DNA of 64,000 nt from Amoebophrya sp. A120 (taxonomy: Eukaryota > Protista > Dinoflagellata): NCBI GenBank assembly GCA_905178155.1, contig CAJINV010000002.1, positions 5,637,709-5,701,708 of the forward strand. Direction: 5' to 3'. Below are positions 37,540-50,041 of this stretch, in pieces (the first letter of the stretch is position 1; each line of letters begins with the position of its first letter). A model generated the notes under the pieces. It ran no database searches, was not told where the DNA came from, and saw only the letters and a list, made by a program, of their open reading frames with translations. A program made the position numbers and the translations under genes.

Positions 37540-39135
37540 ATGCAGAAGTTACAGAAAAATATAAAAATATCTTGCACAGGTTCGATTCCACCAGGCCCGG
37601 TATTATACATCAGCTTGTGGTATAATTTCATAAGTCAGCCACCCCATCTCCTTACGTTGATGAATTTTTCGCACAAGAGCACGCACAGCACAAGATGGCT
37701 GCGAGCACATTCTCGCGTTGGAGTCCTAGTTTTCGGCTTGGTCAGCAGACCGCAGCGGTCTTTCGGTTTTAGCACTACTCGGCTTCGACGCGACCACGAC
37801 TCTGAGGCAGCTGTAAAGAAGGAGGGGACGTCGAAGAGGATTGTTGCACCGACCAAAACCAGCCGCGCAAAAATTATCCGCACAGAAAAAAACGCCAATT
37901 CTTCCTCCCTGCTACAGAAACTACTACTGCAGCAGAGAACAAAAGCGCAAGCGCGGAAAAGCAAACTGAATAAACTCGTCCAGAAACAACAACGCCACCA
38001 GTTGTCTTGTGGTGACGAGGATTTTCCCGTCGAGCCCGTCACCGAGCTAGCGAAAAAGTCGAAACTGGCGCAATGGTTCCGGGACAACCACAAAACGAAG
38101 TGCGGGATTGCGCAGACCACGGTCACCCGCGCCATGCTGGACCACGCGCCCGACATGGGGTGGACTTACAACTGGGGCCACCAAGCGGAAGGACCGAACC
38201 ACGTCCCGATCCGGGATTATGAGGAAACCCAAAAGTTTTTCGCCCCGATGCAGTGGAGCCCCTCGAATCCGATGCCGGAGGAACCCGGGGCGAACATGCC
38301 GAAAATCGTTCTCGGCTACAACGAGCCCGACATGCACCACCTAGGCGGGTCCAATACGGATGTCAACACAGCGGTGAAGCACTACGCGGAAGAGTTTTAC
38401 CCGAAAGGGAGAGAAAATGGTTTCGAGGAGTTTGTCGGCCCCGCGACGGCGTACAGTTTGCCGGCGGAGTTCGGGTCGCTCCCCACGGGGCAAGGAAACA
38501 GTCCGGAAATGCTGTTCCAGCTGGATTTCCTGCGAATCTTGGCAACGCACTACCCGGAGGGGACCAAGATGGTCCACTATCTCGCCCTGCACCGGTACGA
38601 GGGGAACTGCAAATCACCGCCGGAACTCGCGGGGGACCCAGCGAAAAAACGGGAATACGAAAGCTTGATGAAGCAGTGGCTGTACGACTACGTTGTCGGC
38701 GCGGGGAAGAAGTTCATCGATTTCGTCAACAAGGAGTACGGGTACCGGATCCAGGGGATCGTGCTCTCCGAGTTCGCGGGCCATACCTACGATCCCGTCC
38801 ATCAGCCCTGCGGGCCACGGGAGAATCAGCTGCAGCTGATGAGGGCGTGGCTGCCCTTACTGGTCGCTGACCCAGCGGTGGTCGCGGTCGCATGGTACAG
38901 CTACGACGCTCCACAGCAGTACTGGCCGGGGACGGCCCAGGCGAGCTTGTTTAATGCGGATGGGACTTTGAATTTCCTTGGAGAGGAGTATTTTGCAATG
39001 TGCCGGGCGGCCGCGGGGGATTTGGTTCATCTTCTTTCTTCCCAACCGGCGCAGGCATCCCAATCCCCGCTGATGCAAACCATGACTTCTGCGAATGACA
39101 CGACCACGAGTTCTCTCGACGACACCAACCCGTGA
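37540..39135 (+). CDS. Glycoside hydrolase family 128-like (putative beta-1,3-glucanase); true start probably in an upstream signal-peptide exon near 37434
   Basis: Motifs WTYNW, FAPMQW, VLGYNEPD, LALHRY, IVLSEFA, VAWYS and SLFNADGTLNFLGEEY. Confidence 0.85.
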   Translation: MQKLQKNIKISCTGSIPPGPVLYISLWYNFISQPPHLLTLMNFSHKSTHSTRWLRAHSRVGVLVFGLVSRPQRSFGFSTTRLRRDHDSEAAVKKEGTSKRIVAPTKTSRAKIIRTEKNANSSSLLQKLLLQQRTKAQARKSKLNKLVQKQQRHQLSCGDEDFPVEPVTELAKKSKLAQWFRDNHKTKCGIAQTTVTRAMLDHAPDMGWTYNWGHQAEGPNHVPIRDYEETQKFFAPMQWSPSNPMPEEPGANMPKIVLGYNEPDMHHLGGSNTDVNTAVKHYAEEFYPKGRENGFEEFVGPATAYSLPAEFGSLPTGQGNSPEMLFQLDFLRILATHYPEGTKMVHYLALHRYEGNCKSPPELAGDPAKKREYESLMKQWLYDYVVGAGKKFIDFVNKEYGYRIQGIVLSEFAGHTYDPVHQPCGPRENQLQLMRAWLPLLVADPAVVAVAWYSYDAPQQYWPGTAQASLFNADGTLNFLGEEYFAMCRAAAGDLVHLLSSQPAQASQSPLMQTMTSANDTTTSSLDDTNP

Positions 39136-39716
39136 TGATGATAATGGTTTGGCCAAGAAAGAAAGTCTGGTCCTCAGATTCTGACTGGAGGCTTGCGCTT
39201 CATCTCGCACTGCGCCTTTTCTATTTTGCACTAGTCCGCATGGATCTGAGTTGGTTCTCTCTTTTTTAGTGCTCTGCAGAAATATCCTCCTTCCTCTCTG
39301 CCCGGGGCAATACGCGGCTCCCACTATGAATCTCCAAAATTGTTCACGCAAATGTTGCCGCACTTGAGCGAGGAGAGAGAGAGAGCGCGAAAGAAGTTGT
39401 GTTAAAAACGGATAGAAATTCAGACATGCCATATATAGACTTGAGCAGATCGAGATCCTCATCCGGCAGGCGTGCAAAAGGAAAAGTGTGAATGTAAAGG
39501 CTGGGGCCGCAGCTGCCACTGCTCTTCTGACATTCAAAATTCTGCTCTTTCATGCTCCTGCCAGTCTTGATTTACACGGAAGAAGCAGCAGCAGAGAGAA
39601 CAAACACAGAGACTACCATAGACGAGTTTCTTCCAAGCGGGTAAGCAGAATTATTTGTACTCGCGCAGAATCATTTCTATTCGCGTGATATAGCACAACA
39701 GCAATACGAACAAATC

Positions 39717-42700
39717 ATGGCGAAGGAGGAAAAACCAAAACGCGTCGGTATCGACTGGCCGGAAGAATGCGAGGGAAAAACCACCGGCCCCGCGAAGCTT
39801 GTCTGGGCAGCGTGTGCGGAGGTCGGCGGGAGCCCGGAGCTGGCAAAGAGGATCATGAAGGAGAAAAATTGGAGATTTGGGTACCACAGTAATTCATCGC
39901 TTGTACTGAAAATACTGTTCCTGCTGTTGTCGACATTTTCTGCCACAAGTAAAGTTGCATTGATTCATACAACACGATCCTGCAGTTGCATTTGCCCAGC
40001 GTTTGTTCGCGTTCAGTCGCAAACCGAATTTTGCACTTATAACTCTTGCGAAAAAATGAAATTCAAATTCCCAACAGCTACCCTGCCCACATCCAGGAAG
40101 TCGCGGAACTTCTTGCAAAACCAGACAAGGCGGTGCCAATCGCGAAGCAGGGCTTGAAGAATATCGAATTGCAAATATGTCTTGGTCTGGATTTGTCATG
40201 CAAGCTTGCAAGGGTAGTAAGATTGGTCTATGAAGCACCAAGCAATGCAAGAAGTCGCTAGCTTTTTTTTCGTGCAGCTGGAAGCCACTTTCATCTCACG
40301 CGCTTGACGAATCTAACTTCTGATGCTGTAATTATGCTGTCCAAGTGACGATCCTGCGAGGACGACGCGAGTGTCAGCAAGAACACAACTTGAACTGTCA
40401 TCTCGACGCGGATATAATCATATTTGCGATGCATAAACAATCTCCGGGAGCTATCCTGAGCAAAAACGTCCCCACCCCAGAGTCAAAATGGGAGACCTGC
40501 TACACAAATCAGCCACCTTGGGCTGTTGCGCATGACAAGCTTTGCCTCGTAGTGTAATGCTGTTTAGCTAGTCCATAGGCATTACAGATCTAGCATATCG
40601 TGCTTATTGGAGCATGACAAGTTCCCAAACACGACTGGAAAATGCTCCTCATGGGGCTGCGCACGAGAAACATTTTCGGCATGCAGATTTGCATTACAAC
40701 TATGTGGTGGGGACGTTTTTACTCAGGATAGGAGCAACTGATTTTCCGCGATAAAGATCTGAACTGCAAATCGCTGGAGGAAGTGGCCTATGCATTACAA
40801 ATATGTCTGGGTCTGGAAGAGTGCAGGACTTGTCATGCACATTTTGCATGACCCATGCACATGCTGTCTGTGATGCATGCCCTAGCATTACAGATTTTTT
40901 GACGGCTTTCGATGCCTATACTGCATGAGAGATGCCCTCTCCGCGTAGCAAGAAGTGGGTCTCTTTTGCTGATCATGCAATACAGATTCTGTGTAGAATC
41001 CAGAGGCAGCGTCACAAGTTGCAACCATCCAGACCCAGACATTCTTGCACTTGATATGATCCGCCAGCCGGTCCCGAAGAAGCAAGACTACTTCACGACC
41101 AAAATCGCCCAAGCGCAGGAAAGGCAGACCGTGCCGGACCAGTTTCGCATCCCGATCCCCTACCAGGGCGCGAATTTGGCCAACGAGGCCCTGAGCACCC
41201 AGCTGCACAGTTGGGCGAACTACGGCACCTGCGAGCCGGACTGCATCCTGAAGATCACCAAGGCGGAGCAGAAGCTCTGGGCCCTGCAGAACAAGTGGTT
41301 CGTGCTGCTGGGCGCGGGGAGCGAGTTGGGCCCGCTGGAACCGTTGCTAGAGGCCGGGGCGAACGTGATCGCGATTCGGACGCGCAGGGCGAAGGAGTGG
41401 GAAAAGATGGAGGAATTTGCGAAGAAGACGAAGCACGGCGGGAAACTCTTCATCCCGGTCAACAAGGGGCTAAGCGCTTCCGGCGCCGACATTCTCGCGG
41501 AGCCGCTGGAGATCCGCAACTGGATTCTGGAGATTTTAACCGAAAACTCGGTGTCCGAAGTCACGATTGTATCCTCGATGCAAAAGTGTAACATTATCGT
41601 ACTAGTAGTACTTCTTCTGATCATGGCACTTTTTATCCTGCATGACAGACGTCATTTCTATACCTTATTCAGGTATTTCAAAAATTTACCCAGATGGAAT
41701 TTGTGATGCGAAAATTATTGCACTACGTACTATAGTGCTCCTTTTGCAAAAATGCATACATTGGAATGTACACGTATCTAGACGCCGAGGCGCACGTGCG
41801 GGTGACGTTGGGCTGCGACTTGATCATGGAGGGAGTACAAACCGAGATGCTCAAGAGGAACCAAGCCAATGTGGTCCGATTTGCTTACTTGTGCACCAAT
41901 ATCCCGAGCAAAAACGCCCCCACACCAGAGTCAAGATGGGAAATCTGCTAGACAAATCAACCAGCTTTGGATGTTCCGCATGACAGATTTGGTCTCGTAG
42001 TCTAATCATGTTTAGCTAGTTCAGCAGCATCGCAAATCTGGCACATCGTGCTGATTCTAGCATAACAAATTCCAAAACACGACTACAGAATGGCTCTCAT
42101 GGGGCCCCGCATGAGAAACCTTTTTGGCATGCAGATTTGCATGACGACTCTGGGGTGCGGACGTTTTTACCCAGAATAACCAACTCCATGCCGTTGCCCA
42201 TCGGCAAGGAGGCGTTCGAGTCCATCGAGGTGAACCGGGGCGCGGCGCCGTTAGCGGTCCGGGCGAGCAGGTGTCCGGGGAATAATGTGTCGGAAATCGT
42301 GGAGGATGACATGTTATGAATTGCAAAAGCATCGTACTCGTATAGATGCATCACAAATTTCCTCAGCATGAGAAATAAAATTTTTAATGCAGATTTGCCT
42401 TGGGAACAAGATTTGTAATGCAGCAAGATTCGCATTTATACGAGTGCGATACTTTTGCACAGGATGCATGTACTTGTACCACTGTATTTTCGAGGCGCAG
42501 GGCCCAAATTACATTCTGGCGAAATTCGCGCAGCTGTGGCGGGCGGTTGTCGGTATTGATACGTTTGATATTTTTCATTTTCCTAAGCACTTTTGGTCCT
42601 GAAGAATTTGATTTCCATCCACCGCCAGTCCTGCACGAAAGTGTAGTCGGGCTCGTACGACTTTTTGTTACCGCAAGTGAAGTGAGTAAAAATCAAAACT

Positions 42701-43367
42701 CGAAAGCTATTTAATAGATTTAAATCACTGTAAATCACCCTTCGTCCCAGCGACCCAAACCTCCCCGGTGTCCTTAAACGTGGCTCCGGCCTGCTACACG
42801 GTGTCTGTGACCTATCAAACGTAAAAGTGTCTGGGTCTGGCTGAATGCAACTTGTCATGCTAAATCTGAAGCATCCAAAAATCTGTGTTGCATGATTACC
42901 AAAAGTCGTCCAGTTTTGACCAAGTCGGGAGGGAGTTTCTCATGCAGGATAGGCATGAGAGAGATCGCGCAGAATCTGTCATGCTAGGTCCTGCATTCCC
43001 GACCTCATGGGTCATGGAAAAGCTGCGTGACAAATCGCGCACTCTTCCAGACCCAGACACTTTTGCATTTGATATGACCCACGCACCCACGATGAAGTAC
43101 CTTCTGAACGCGATGCACTTGCTGGCGCCGCAGGAAGCCTTCCAGCCGGAGACGGCCCGGAGTTTGATGTTTCACCTGCTGGCTTTCGACGTGTGTTGCG
43201 CGGCGGAGGATAATAAAGTCGAGTTGGAACAGATCAAGCAGAACCCCTACAAACTCGCCCAGTTTGGCAGCTTCCACGGCGGGAGTTTAAGGTGCGGGTT
43301 CAACATCGAGAAAAGCAAAATTTTGGGTGGATTGCTCTACGCGTACGGAAGGTTTGTGGTCGGGTAG
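39717..43367 (+). CDS. Conserved uncharacterised Rossmann-like protein, about 10 exons with mostly introner introns
   Basis: Motifs EKNWRFGY, VLLGAGSELGP, GADILAEP, YTYLDAEAHVRV, QGPNYILAK and FHGG. Frames join on element removal, e.g. GLKN|LREQ|LIF. Confidence 0.7.
40452..40730. mobile_element. Introner/MITE family C
   Basis: TATCCTGAGCAAAAACGTCCCCACC ... GGTGGGGACGTTTTTACTCAGGATA, flanked by GGAGC/GGAGC. Confidence 0.92.
41900..42178. mobile_element. Introner/MITE family C
   Basis: Family C TIRs, flanked by ACCAA/ACCAA. Confidence 0.9.
42315..42466. mobile_element. Introner/MITE family D (short)
   Basis: TATGAATTGCAAAAGCATCGTACTCGTATA ... TATACGAGTGCGATACTTTTGCACAGGATG, flanked by CATGT/CATGT. 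Confidence 0.85.
42813..43074. mobile_element. Introner/MITE family A
   Basis: Family A TIRs, flanked by TGACC/TGACC. Confidence 0.9.
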
Positions 43368-44522
43368 GAGATGGTGGCCAGGAAAAAAACACGAATATGA
43401 TGAGCACTGAATTGATACAACCGCTCCGATCAACATGGAATTTCCGATCGACCGTGTCGCAACATCAAGAAGAAGTACCTTATTTCATCCAGCGACAGCA
43501 AGAGCGACCTTTCTCTTTTTGCCGCATGTAGATGTCATCTGCTCATTTTTTTGCCACGAGAATCAATCTATCATGTCAGCCTGCGACATAAATAAACCTT
43601 TTTCTGCGATACTCTCAGACTACAGAATCATGGGCCTACCAAACAGCACTCGATTTTTGACTATCATGGAAGACGAGCAGACATTGTGTTGCATCACTTG
43701 ATTGAATATCTGTCGCCAGAGATGAATGCCGGCATCAGACAGCCTGGCACTGCGTATTTTGTCCTCCAAGATGCGTTCATCGGCTATTTTTTTCGCATCA
43801 CTGCAGGTTCGGTTTTTTTCATCCCAAAAAAATGTCGGATAGTGCTCCTCTCGTCAAAACGTCGTTTTTTCTCCCACAGGCTAGGGATGTTGAAGAGCCG
43901 CAGTCATGAATTCGGTTGTGAGTTTTTTTTTCCGATGGAAATGAGACAAAGCAAACTCGGCACTGCACTGACACTATTTTTTTTTTCCGTACACCGCAAA
44001 ATCGTACGTTGATGACGTTGATGCACAGCAAAATCGTTCGGTTTCACTGGTCGTGATGAACAACAGTAGGTTCTTCTTTCGGACCCAGTTTTGCGTTTGC
44101 TTTTACTTAAGATTAAATCAAACGTCCGCTACTCCCTCGTCCTCCTCGGCAGCCAATAGGTCCGGTTTCGTGCCAGTTTTATTACGCCCGTAGTTTTTTC
44201 TTCGCTGTACTTCTGGAAAGCTCCCTGGCTCGTCAGATTCTTGTACCAACTCTTCCCGGCAGGTTAAGTCATCAAAAACTACCCGCCTCCCACTACATTA
44301 TGCAAAATCTTTTTGCAATTTCAACTTTAAAAATACCAATACCACCACATTAAGATAATTCACACGACCTCCCTGTGAGGACAATCGAAAGTGCCTCCTC
44401 GTCGCCTAACAAATTCTGTAATACTTGATCAGGTTGCGGCGTGTAGTTTTCTTTTGTTCTTTTTTGCCCCTAACGTTACACTAGTTGATTGAAATTAAAA
44501 CCGCCTGAAATCGACGTCCAAA

Positions 44523-46525
44523 ATGCCGATGTCCTTGCAGGATTTCGAAATGATCCGATCCCTCGGGGTCGGGTCTTTTGGCCGCGTCAAGTTCGCAAAA
44601 ATGCTATCAGACGGCAGTCCAGTAGCGGTATTGAAGATAATATGCTGATAGCGATTTTTCCTTTTGTGGACTATTGTCTCTGTTTTGCGAAGCTTTGCAC
44701 GCAGGTGGAAGAAGACCCTTGTTTCATCTTGCCGAGTTCGTCACGTTGTATTGCATCATTTCATCGAAATTTAAGAAAATACAGGTAAAGTTCATGAAGA
44801 AACACGAGATTATCAAGCTCAAGCAGGTGGACCACATTAACCAAGAGAGGAATCTGATGTCACAAATTAAGCACCCATTCATCGTGGAGATGAAGGGCAG
44901 CTTCAAGGACGACCGATTCGTCTACATAGTGATGGAGGTAATATACTAGTGCTTTATTCGCAGGACACAATTCTACTTTTCCCATCGCCGCCTAAAAAGC
45001 ATCACAAGTTTAATATTTTTCACGCATCATGATACAAGAAGAAAAGCCAGGTGCAATTGTGAGGTTGTCCACCTCCGCGGCCAAAAAAAAAAATTTAAAA
45101 AAACGCAGATCGTCTCCGGTGGAGAACTTTTCACGCACTTGCGAAAAGCCAACAAATTCCCGGACGACACGGCCAAGTTTTACTCCGCACACGTCGCCGA
45201 GGCCTTCCACCACATCCACACATTAAACATCGTCCACAGGGACTTGAAGCCAGAGAACCTGCTGATCATGAGTATTTTAAGTGGCGTCAACACCTTCTTG
45301 TTGCAACTTAGTATTATTTCCCCATGCTTTGTTCCTTCTGCGCATTCGTTTGTACAGAAACTTTTTTCCTGCTGTGCCCCTTCCCCGTGTTTCAAAAAAA
45401 GCCTCAATAAAACTCTATCAGGCAACGGCTACAGCAAGCTTACGGATTTTGGGTTCGCAAAAATCGTAGAACCGGGTAGCCGAACCTACACACTCTGCGG
45501 GACACCCGAATACATCGCACCAGAAGTGTTGTTGAACAAAGGCCACTCAAAGCCCGTCGATTGGTGGACACTGGGTATAAAAAATACGTGCAGGTTTATT
45601 TTCCGTATGACAAAGATTGACTGCTGCTGCTGTGTGCACCCACGACGACAAATGTCTTGTGGTTGTGCCCAAGTTGAAGTTCTTGCGAGAACCAGTGTGG
45701 AGGAGTCACTTACTTCTCATGCGCGTGCCCGCATAAGCTAAACAAGCTGTAATGCTTGCTATACCAACACAGGTATCCTGATCTACGAGATGGTAGTGGG
45801 CCAGCCACCATTCTGCGACGAGGATCCGATGAACATTTACCAAAGAATTCTGGCGGGCAAGATCTTCTTCACAAAGTAAGTGGATTTTTTTTCTGTAGTT
45901 TTGGAAAGCGCTGTTCTTTAATGCATGCATAACAAATTTTCTGTGCATGGACATGGTGCAACAAATTGCTGATGCGCATCCGCGCGGGGGATACTACCTC
46001 TCTCATGCGAGTACTTATTTGATGTGGGTTTGTGAAAAATTGAGACCACACAAATCAAAAAACAGGACCTTCGAGAAGAATTGCCGTGGCCTGGTGAAGA
46101 AGCTGTTAACTGCGGACCTGAGTAAGCGATACGGGAACTTAGTGAAGGGGTCGCAGGACATCTTTAACCACAAGTGGTACGCCGATATGGATTGGGACAA
46201 ATTGAAAAAATACGAAATCGAAGCACCCTTCGTGCCCCAGCAGAGCGGTATAGCTTTTTGTTGATCTTCGTGTTGCTCATGCTCTCTCATATATGAGCAC
46301 TGAGCTGCACACGACTGAAAAAGTTTCGCTACAGTGCTCCTCCCGCATGACATCCTAAGACGCAATTCTTTTTCAACAGGAAAGAATTAGTGATGCAATT
46401 TTGTGTGTATCTATCCAAAAACTGTATCAGGTGACATGGACATGTCGAATTACGAGCAGATTCCGGACAGTCTCGACCTGCCACCGGCGGTCACGGGGTC
46501 GGGCGACCCGTTTGCAGCGTGGTAG
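44523..46525 (+). CDS. PKA-C: cAMP-dependent protein kinase catalytic subunit, canonical GT-AG introns
   Basis: Motifs [57 protein letters not shown] and terminal FAAW*. Confidence 0.95.
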
Positions 46526-47485
46526 ACTTATTTTTGGTTGCGCGGAAGGAGATCGTCATCGTTGTCTCGCAATCAAAATTTTGTACCAAGAGAAGATTTT
46601 TTTTCATGCTGGGTACCGGTATTTTTCGGGACCAAGAATTTATTACGTAGAGGCTTGACACTTTTTATCCTATTTTTTTCACACAATCATACACAGTGGG
46701 CATACGATCATATTTCACATCATCCACCCTGTACAATTTAAACCATTACGTAGAGTTGTAGTTTCCACCACGCCGCCCTCCGCATAAGAGGTCGGGGCAG
46801 AAAGAATAATGTGCGTTGAAAATGCAAACAGTAAATGCCTAAAGCAAATGCTTTTTCTTGTATTGACCTAGTATCAGATACAGATTCATTTTTTCGTACC
46901 AGATTGAGATTGACTGACAAATACAATAGTACCTCATCTTGTAGCATCATCAGACCCAGAAGTCTTATGGGGGCGCAGTCACACAGCAGCAAAACAGTAT
47001 CGCATCAGAGGCGGGCAGCGGAAAAAGAAATCTTGCAAAAAGTGTGGACTTGTTTTTCAATAAAGGCCGTAAAGAGTTTTGGTGGGACAAATAAAAACAG
47101 ACCACCAGAGTCACAGCAATCGGACCGCAGGACAGTGAATACTATAAATCTTTTTTCAAATCGCATGCACAAATTTTAACATGGTCCAAAATCACTACAT
47201 GTAAACTACCAGTGAACCTCAGCAGCACTGTCCACCGGAAAGCACAGGTTTGGCGTGCAAAGAGCAAACTGTCTGGTGTTCCGTTCATTGGAACCGGCTG
47301 GAACGAAAAGCCGCGTCGCCGCTCTTCGTTCTGTCGTCGTTTTGTGCGGTTTTTTTTTCCTCAGAAGCACAATCTTAGAGCGAACAGTCCTGTTATCTGT
47401 CAAAGCAGAACCTCTTCGTCGCTGCACAGTTTATTTGGTCGAGTAGCTGAGTATTTATTCTCGATACAAGAATAAAAAGAAAAAG

Positions 47486-48391
47486 ATGGACATCTTGAGT
47501 AATCTCAACCCTTTCGCCTCTTCCTCTGCGGCGGCGAACAGCAGGATCATTGGCCATGACTATTACCGTGAAAAATGCCGCTACCCCCAAAGTTGCAATA
47601 ATTTGTGATGCGAAGTTTCCAAATGAAAACTTTTTGTCATGCATGAAAGGAATATGAATCTTTGTGATGCAGAGTCTAGGCGTATATAGCATTGCTTGCA
47701 TGACAAGCGCCGCTCTTGCTGGGATCTGTTGCAATACAAATTTTCGCTATTCACGATTGGAAATCTGTGATGCTGCTAGATGCAAGAGGGCGAGTGTTTC
47801 TGTTGGAAAGGTTTGCAATACAAATGCTCCCAAGTTCCGGGCTGGGGGCGTTTTTCATTGTGATAGTGACCCCGTCACGGGGTACCCGATCGTACTGGAC
47901 CCCAAAATATCAAATGCAAATATGTCGGGGTCTGGAAAAGTGCAACGTTTGTCATGCACGTTTTGCATGACGCGTGAGGTCTATGATGCATGCCCTTGCG
48001 TTACAGATCCTGTGAGATCTTTTCCATGCCTTTTCCGCATGAGAAACTGCCTCTCGGCCTTCTCAAAAGTGAACAGCTTTATTGCTAGTCACGCAAGAAC
48101 GCAAATTTTTGTATGATTCAGATTTAGCATGACAAGTTGCACTCTTCCAGACCCAGACATATTTGCAATGCATACAAAACCGGTCAGCCGGTGATTTCCG
48201 CGCCGGTGAAGCGACCCAAATTGAACGAGCCAAATGGGTTCGAGTTGGCGGTTTGTTTTGTGCTGTTTGCGGTTTTCGTCACCGTTTTTGCCTACTGCGT
48301 CTACAAGCAGCGACTTGCAGACGAGGAGAGATTTCGGAAAATGGAGGAAAAGGAATTACTGGAGAAGAGGACAAGTCCTAAAAAGTGCTGA
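47486..48391 (+). CDS. Small single-pass membrane protein, 3 exons separated by two introners
   Basis: Removing 47561-47865 (ATGAC/GTGAC) and 47908-48174 (CAAAA/CAAAA) gives GHD|PVTGYPIVLDPK|TGQPV...LAVCFVLFAVFVTVFAYCVY. Confidence 0.7.
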
Positions 48392-50041
48392 CAAGAGCAG
48401 CAACAGGCGGGAAGATCATTCGCTGTTTTCGAATACGCACGAAATTGTTTAAAAAACGGCATGCACTGCTCTTGCCGGATTGTCAAGTAACGCGCATGGT
48501 GAAATCTGAGGTGCAAAACTGATCATGGATGCCACAAGATAGAAACCCGGGGCAGACCACAGGATGAAAGGACTCATCTTCTTAGGATACAACAGGGTGC
48601 TCTAGACGGAATGTGTTAATAAAGGGAATTCGCAGAAAGACTACAATTTTCGACTTACAATGTTGTGCGTGGTGGTTGTTTCACGGAGCAGTTGATGGGT
48701 GTCTTCTACTACATACCCGGACCACGACCCCACTTTCTCTGTTCGGAACTTCGTGTTGTAGCGGGAAAGCCAGCACCTGTGCTACCCGCTCGCAAATATT
48801 TCGTAAAAGCCTTGAAATAGCGTAAAGGATACGCGTCATTGTCTATGTCGTCGATGATTCTGCTGGAGCTCGTATTGTCATTTCCCAGAGCGCAGCTAGA
48901 AGTAGAAGATTGTGCTCGTTGTGACAAAGTCGAGAGACGCAGATCGTTTGCAGAGAGCATCCTTTTTCTATCAATGAGAGACCACGACCAGGTGCATTTT
49001 GAGTGCAGGATTCGTATCGGGAAATAAACCCTTCTTCGTCACTTGATTCATTGTTGCGTGTCACGAGCCCATTTGACGATATTTTCAATGTTTCGAAGAA
49101 GCTAGGAAAGAAAAAAGTGACCGGAAAAGAAACGACGAAAAATGTCCCAAACCCGGACTCTGTAGCTCCAGCATCACTTCTCCTTTTCGGTCTGCGAAGC
49201 CAGACTCAGCTGCACATTCCACTAAGCCACCAAACTCAGCTGCACTTTCCCCAGCTCCCAGGGAGCGTTGCGGTGCGGATTGTTTGAGCCCTGACAACGC
49301 CCGGATCGAGAACCGATAGTACTCGGCGCTAAGTTTCTTTCCAACCCGCGCCCTCCTCTCGGTGTGGGACGAGTAGAGCGAAAGTCCAAGAAGTTTCCTC
49401 CGTTCTCGCGCACGCCTCCCAGGTGCACCAAAACCCAGGCGTCTGCTCGTCGCGAAGTGTAATTGATTCCGGCGGGCAAGCAAGTAGAAGAAGAAGCTTT
49501 CAGTTTCAGAAGTTTCGTCTCCAAAATACTAGAGTTGGCCCAGTACAGTTCTGTTTGCAACTTTTACCGCTGCGGGGCGACGAGGGGAACGAAACTACTC
49601 AAGACAGCTACTCTTCGAACCGCGCAGAAAAGCAGAAATAACGACGTGGTCAAGAACGACCTGTACGGTGTGGTAGCGAGGGACGAACAGCAGTAAAAAA
49701 GGATCAGTACATAAAGCCGGTTCTTTTTATCCGGAAGAACCGTGACAAGCACAGCCGCCAGCAGTCGGGAAAGATAGCTTCTCGCTCTACAACATCAAGG
49801 CCTTCTTCCGCGACAAGGTTAACCGTGCACAACGACGACGCTGTGACGTTTGACGTCTGCAGGAGCTGCCTCTTGAGTACCAAGAAAGTCCTGGTCAACG
49901 CCAACGCGCTACATTCCTCCTTCTACCGGCACAGTTTTTGCGCCGCAGCTTCCACGGGCTGCACTTAAGGGAAAAGGTAGCTGTAAGTACTCCTGTTCCG
50001 TCGGTCAAGGTTGTGTATCCGCAAGTAGTAGAACATCAACC

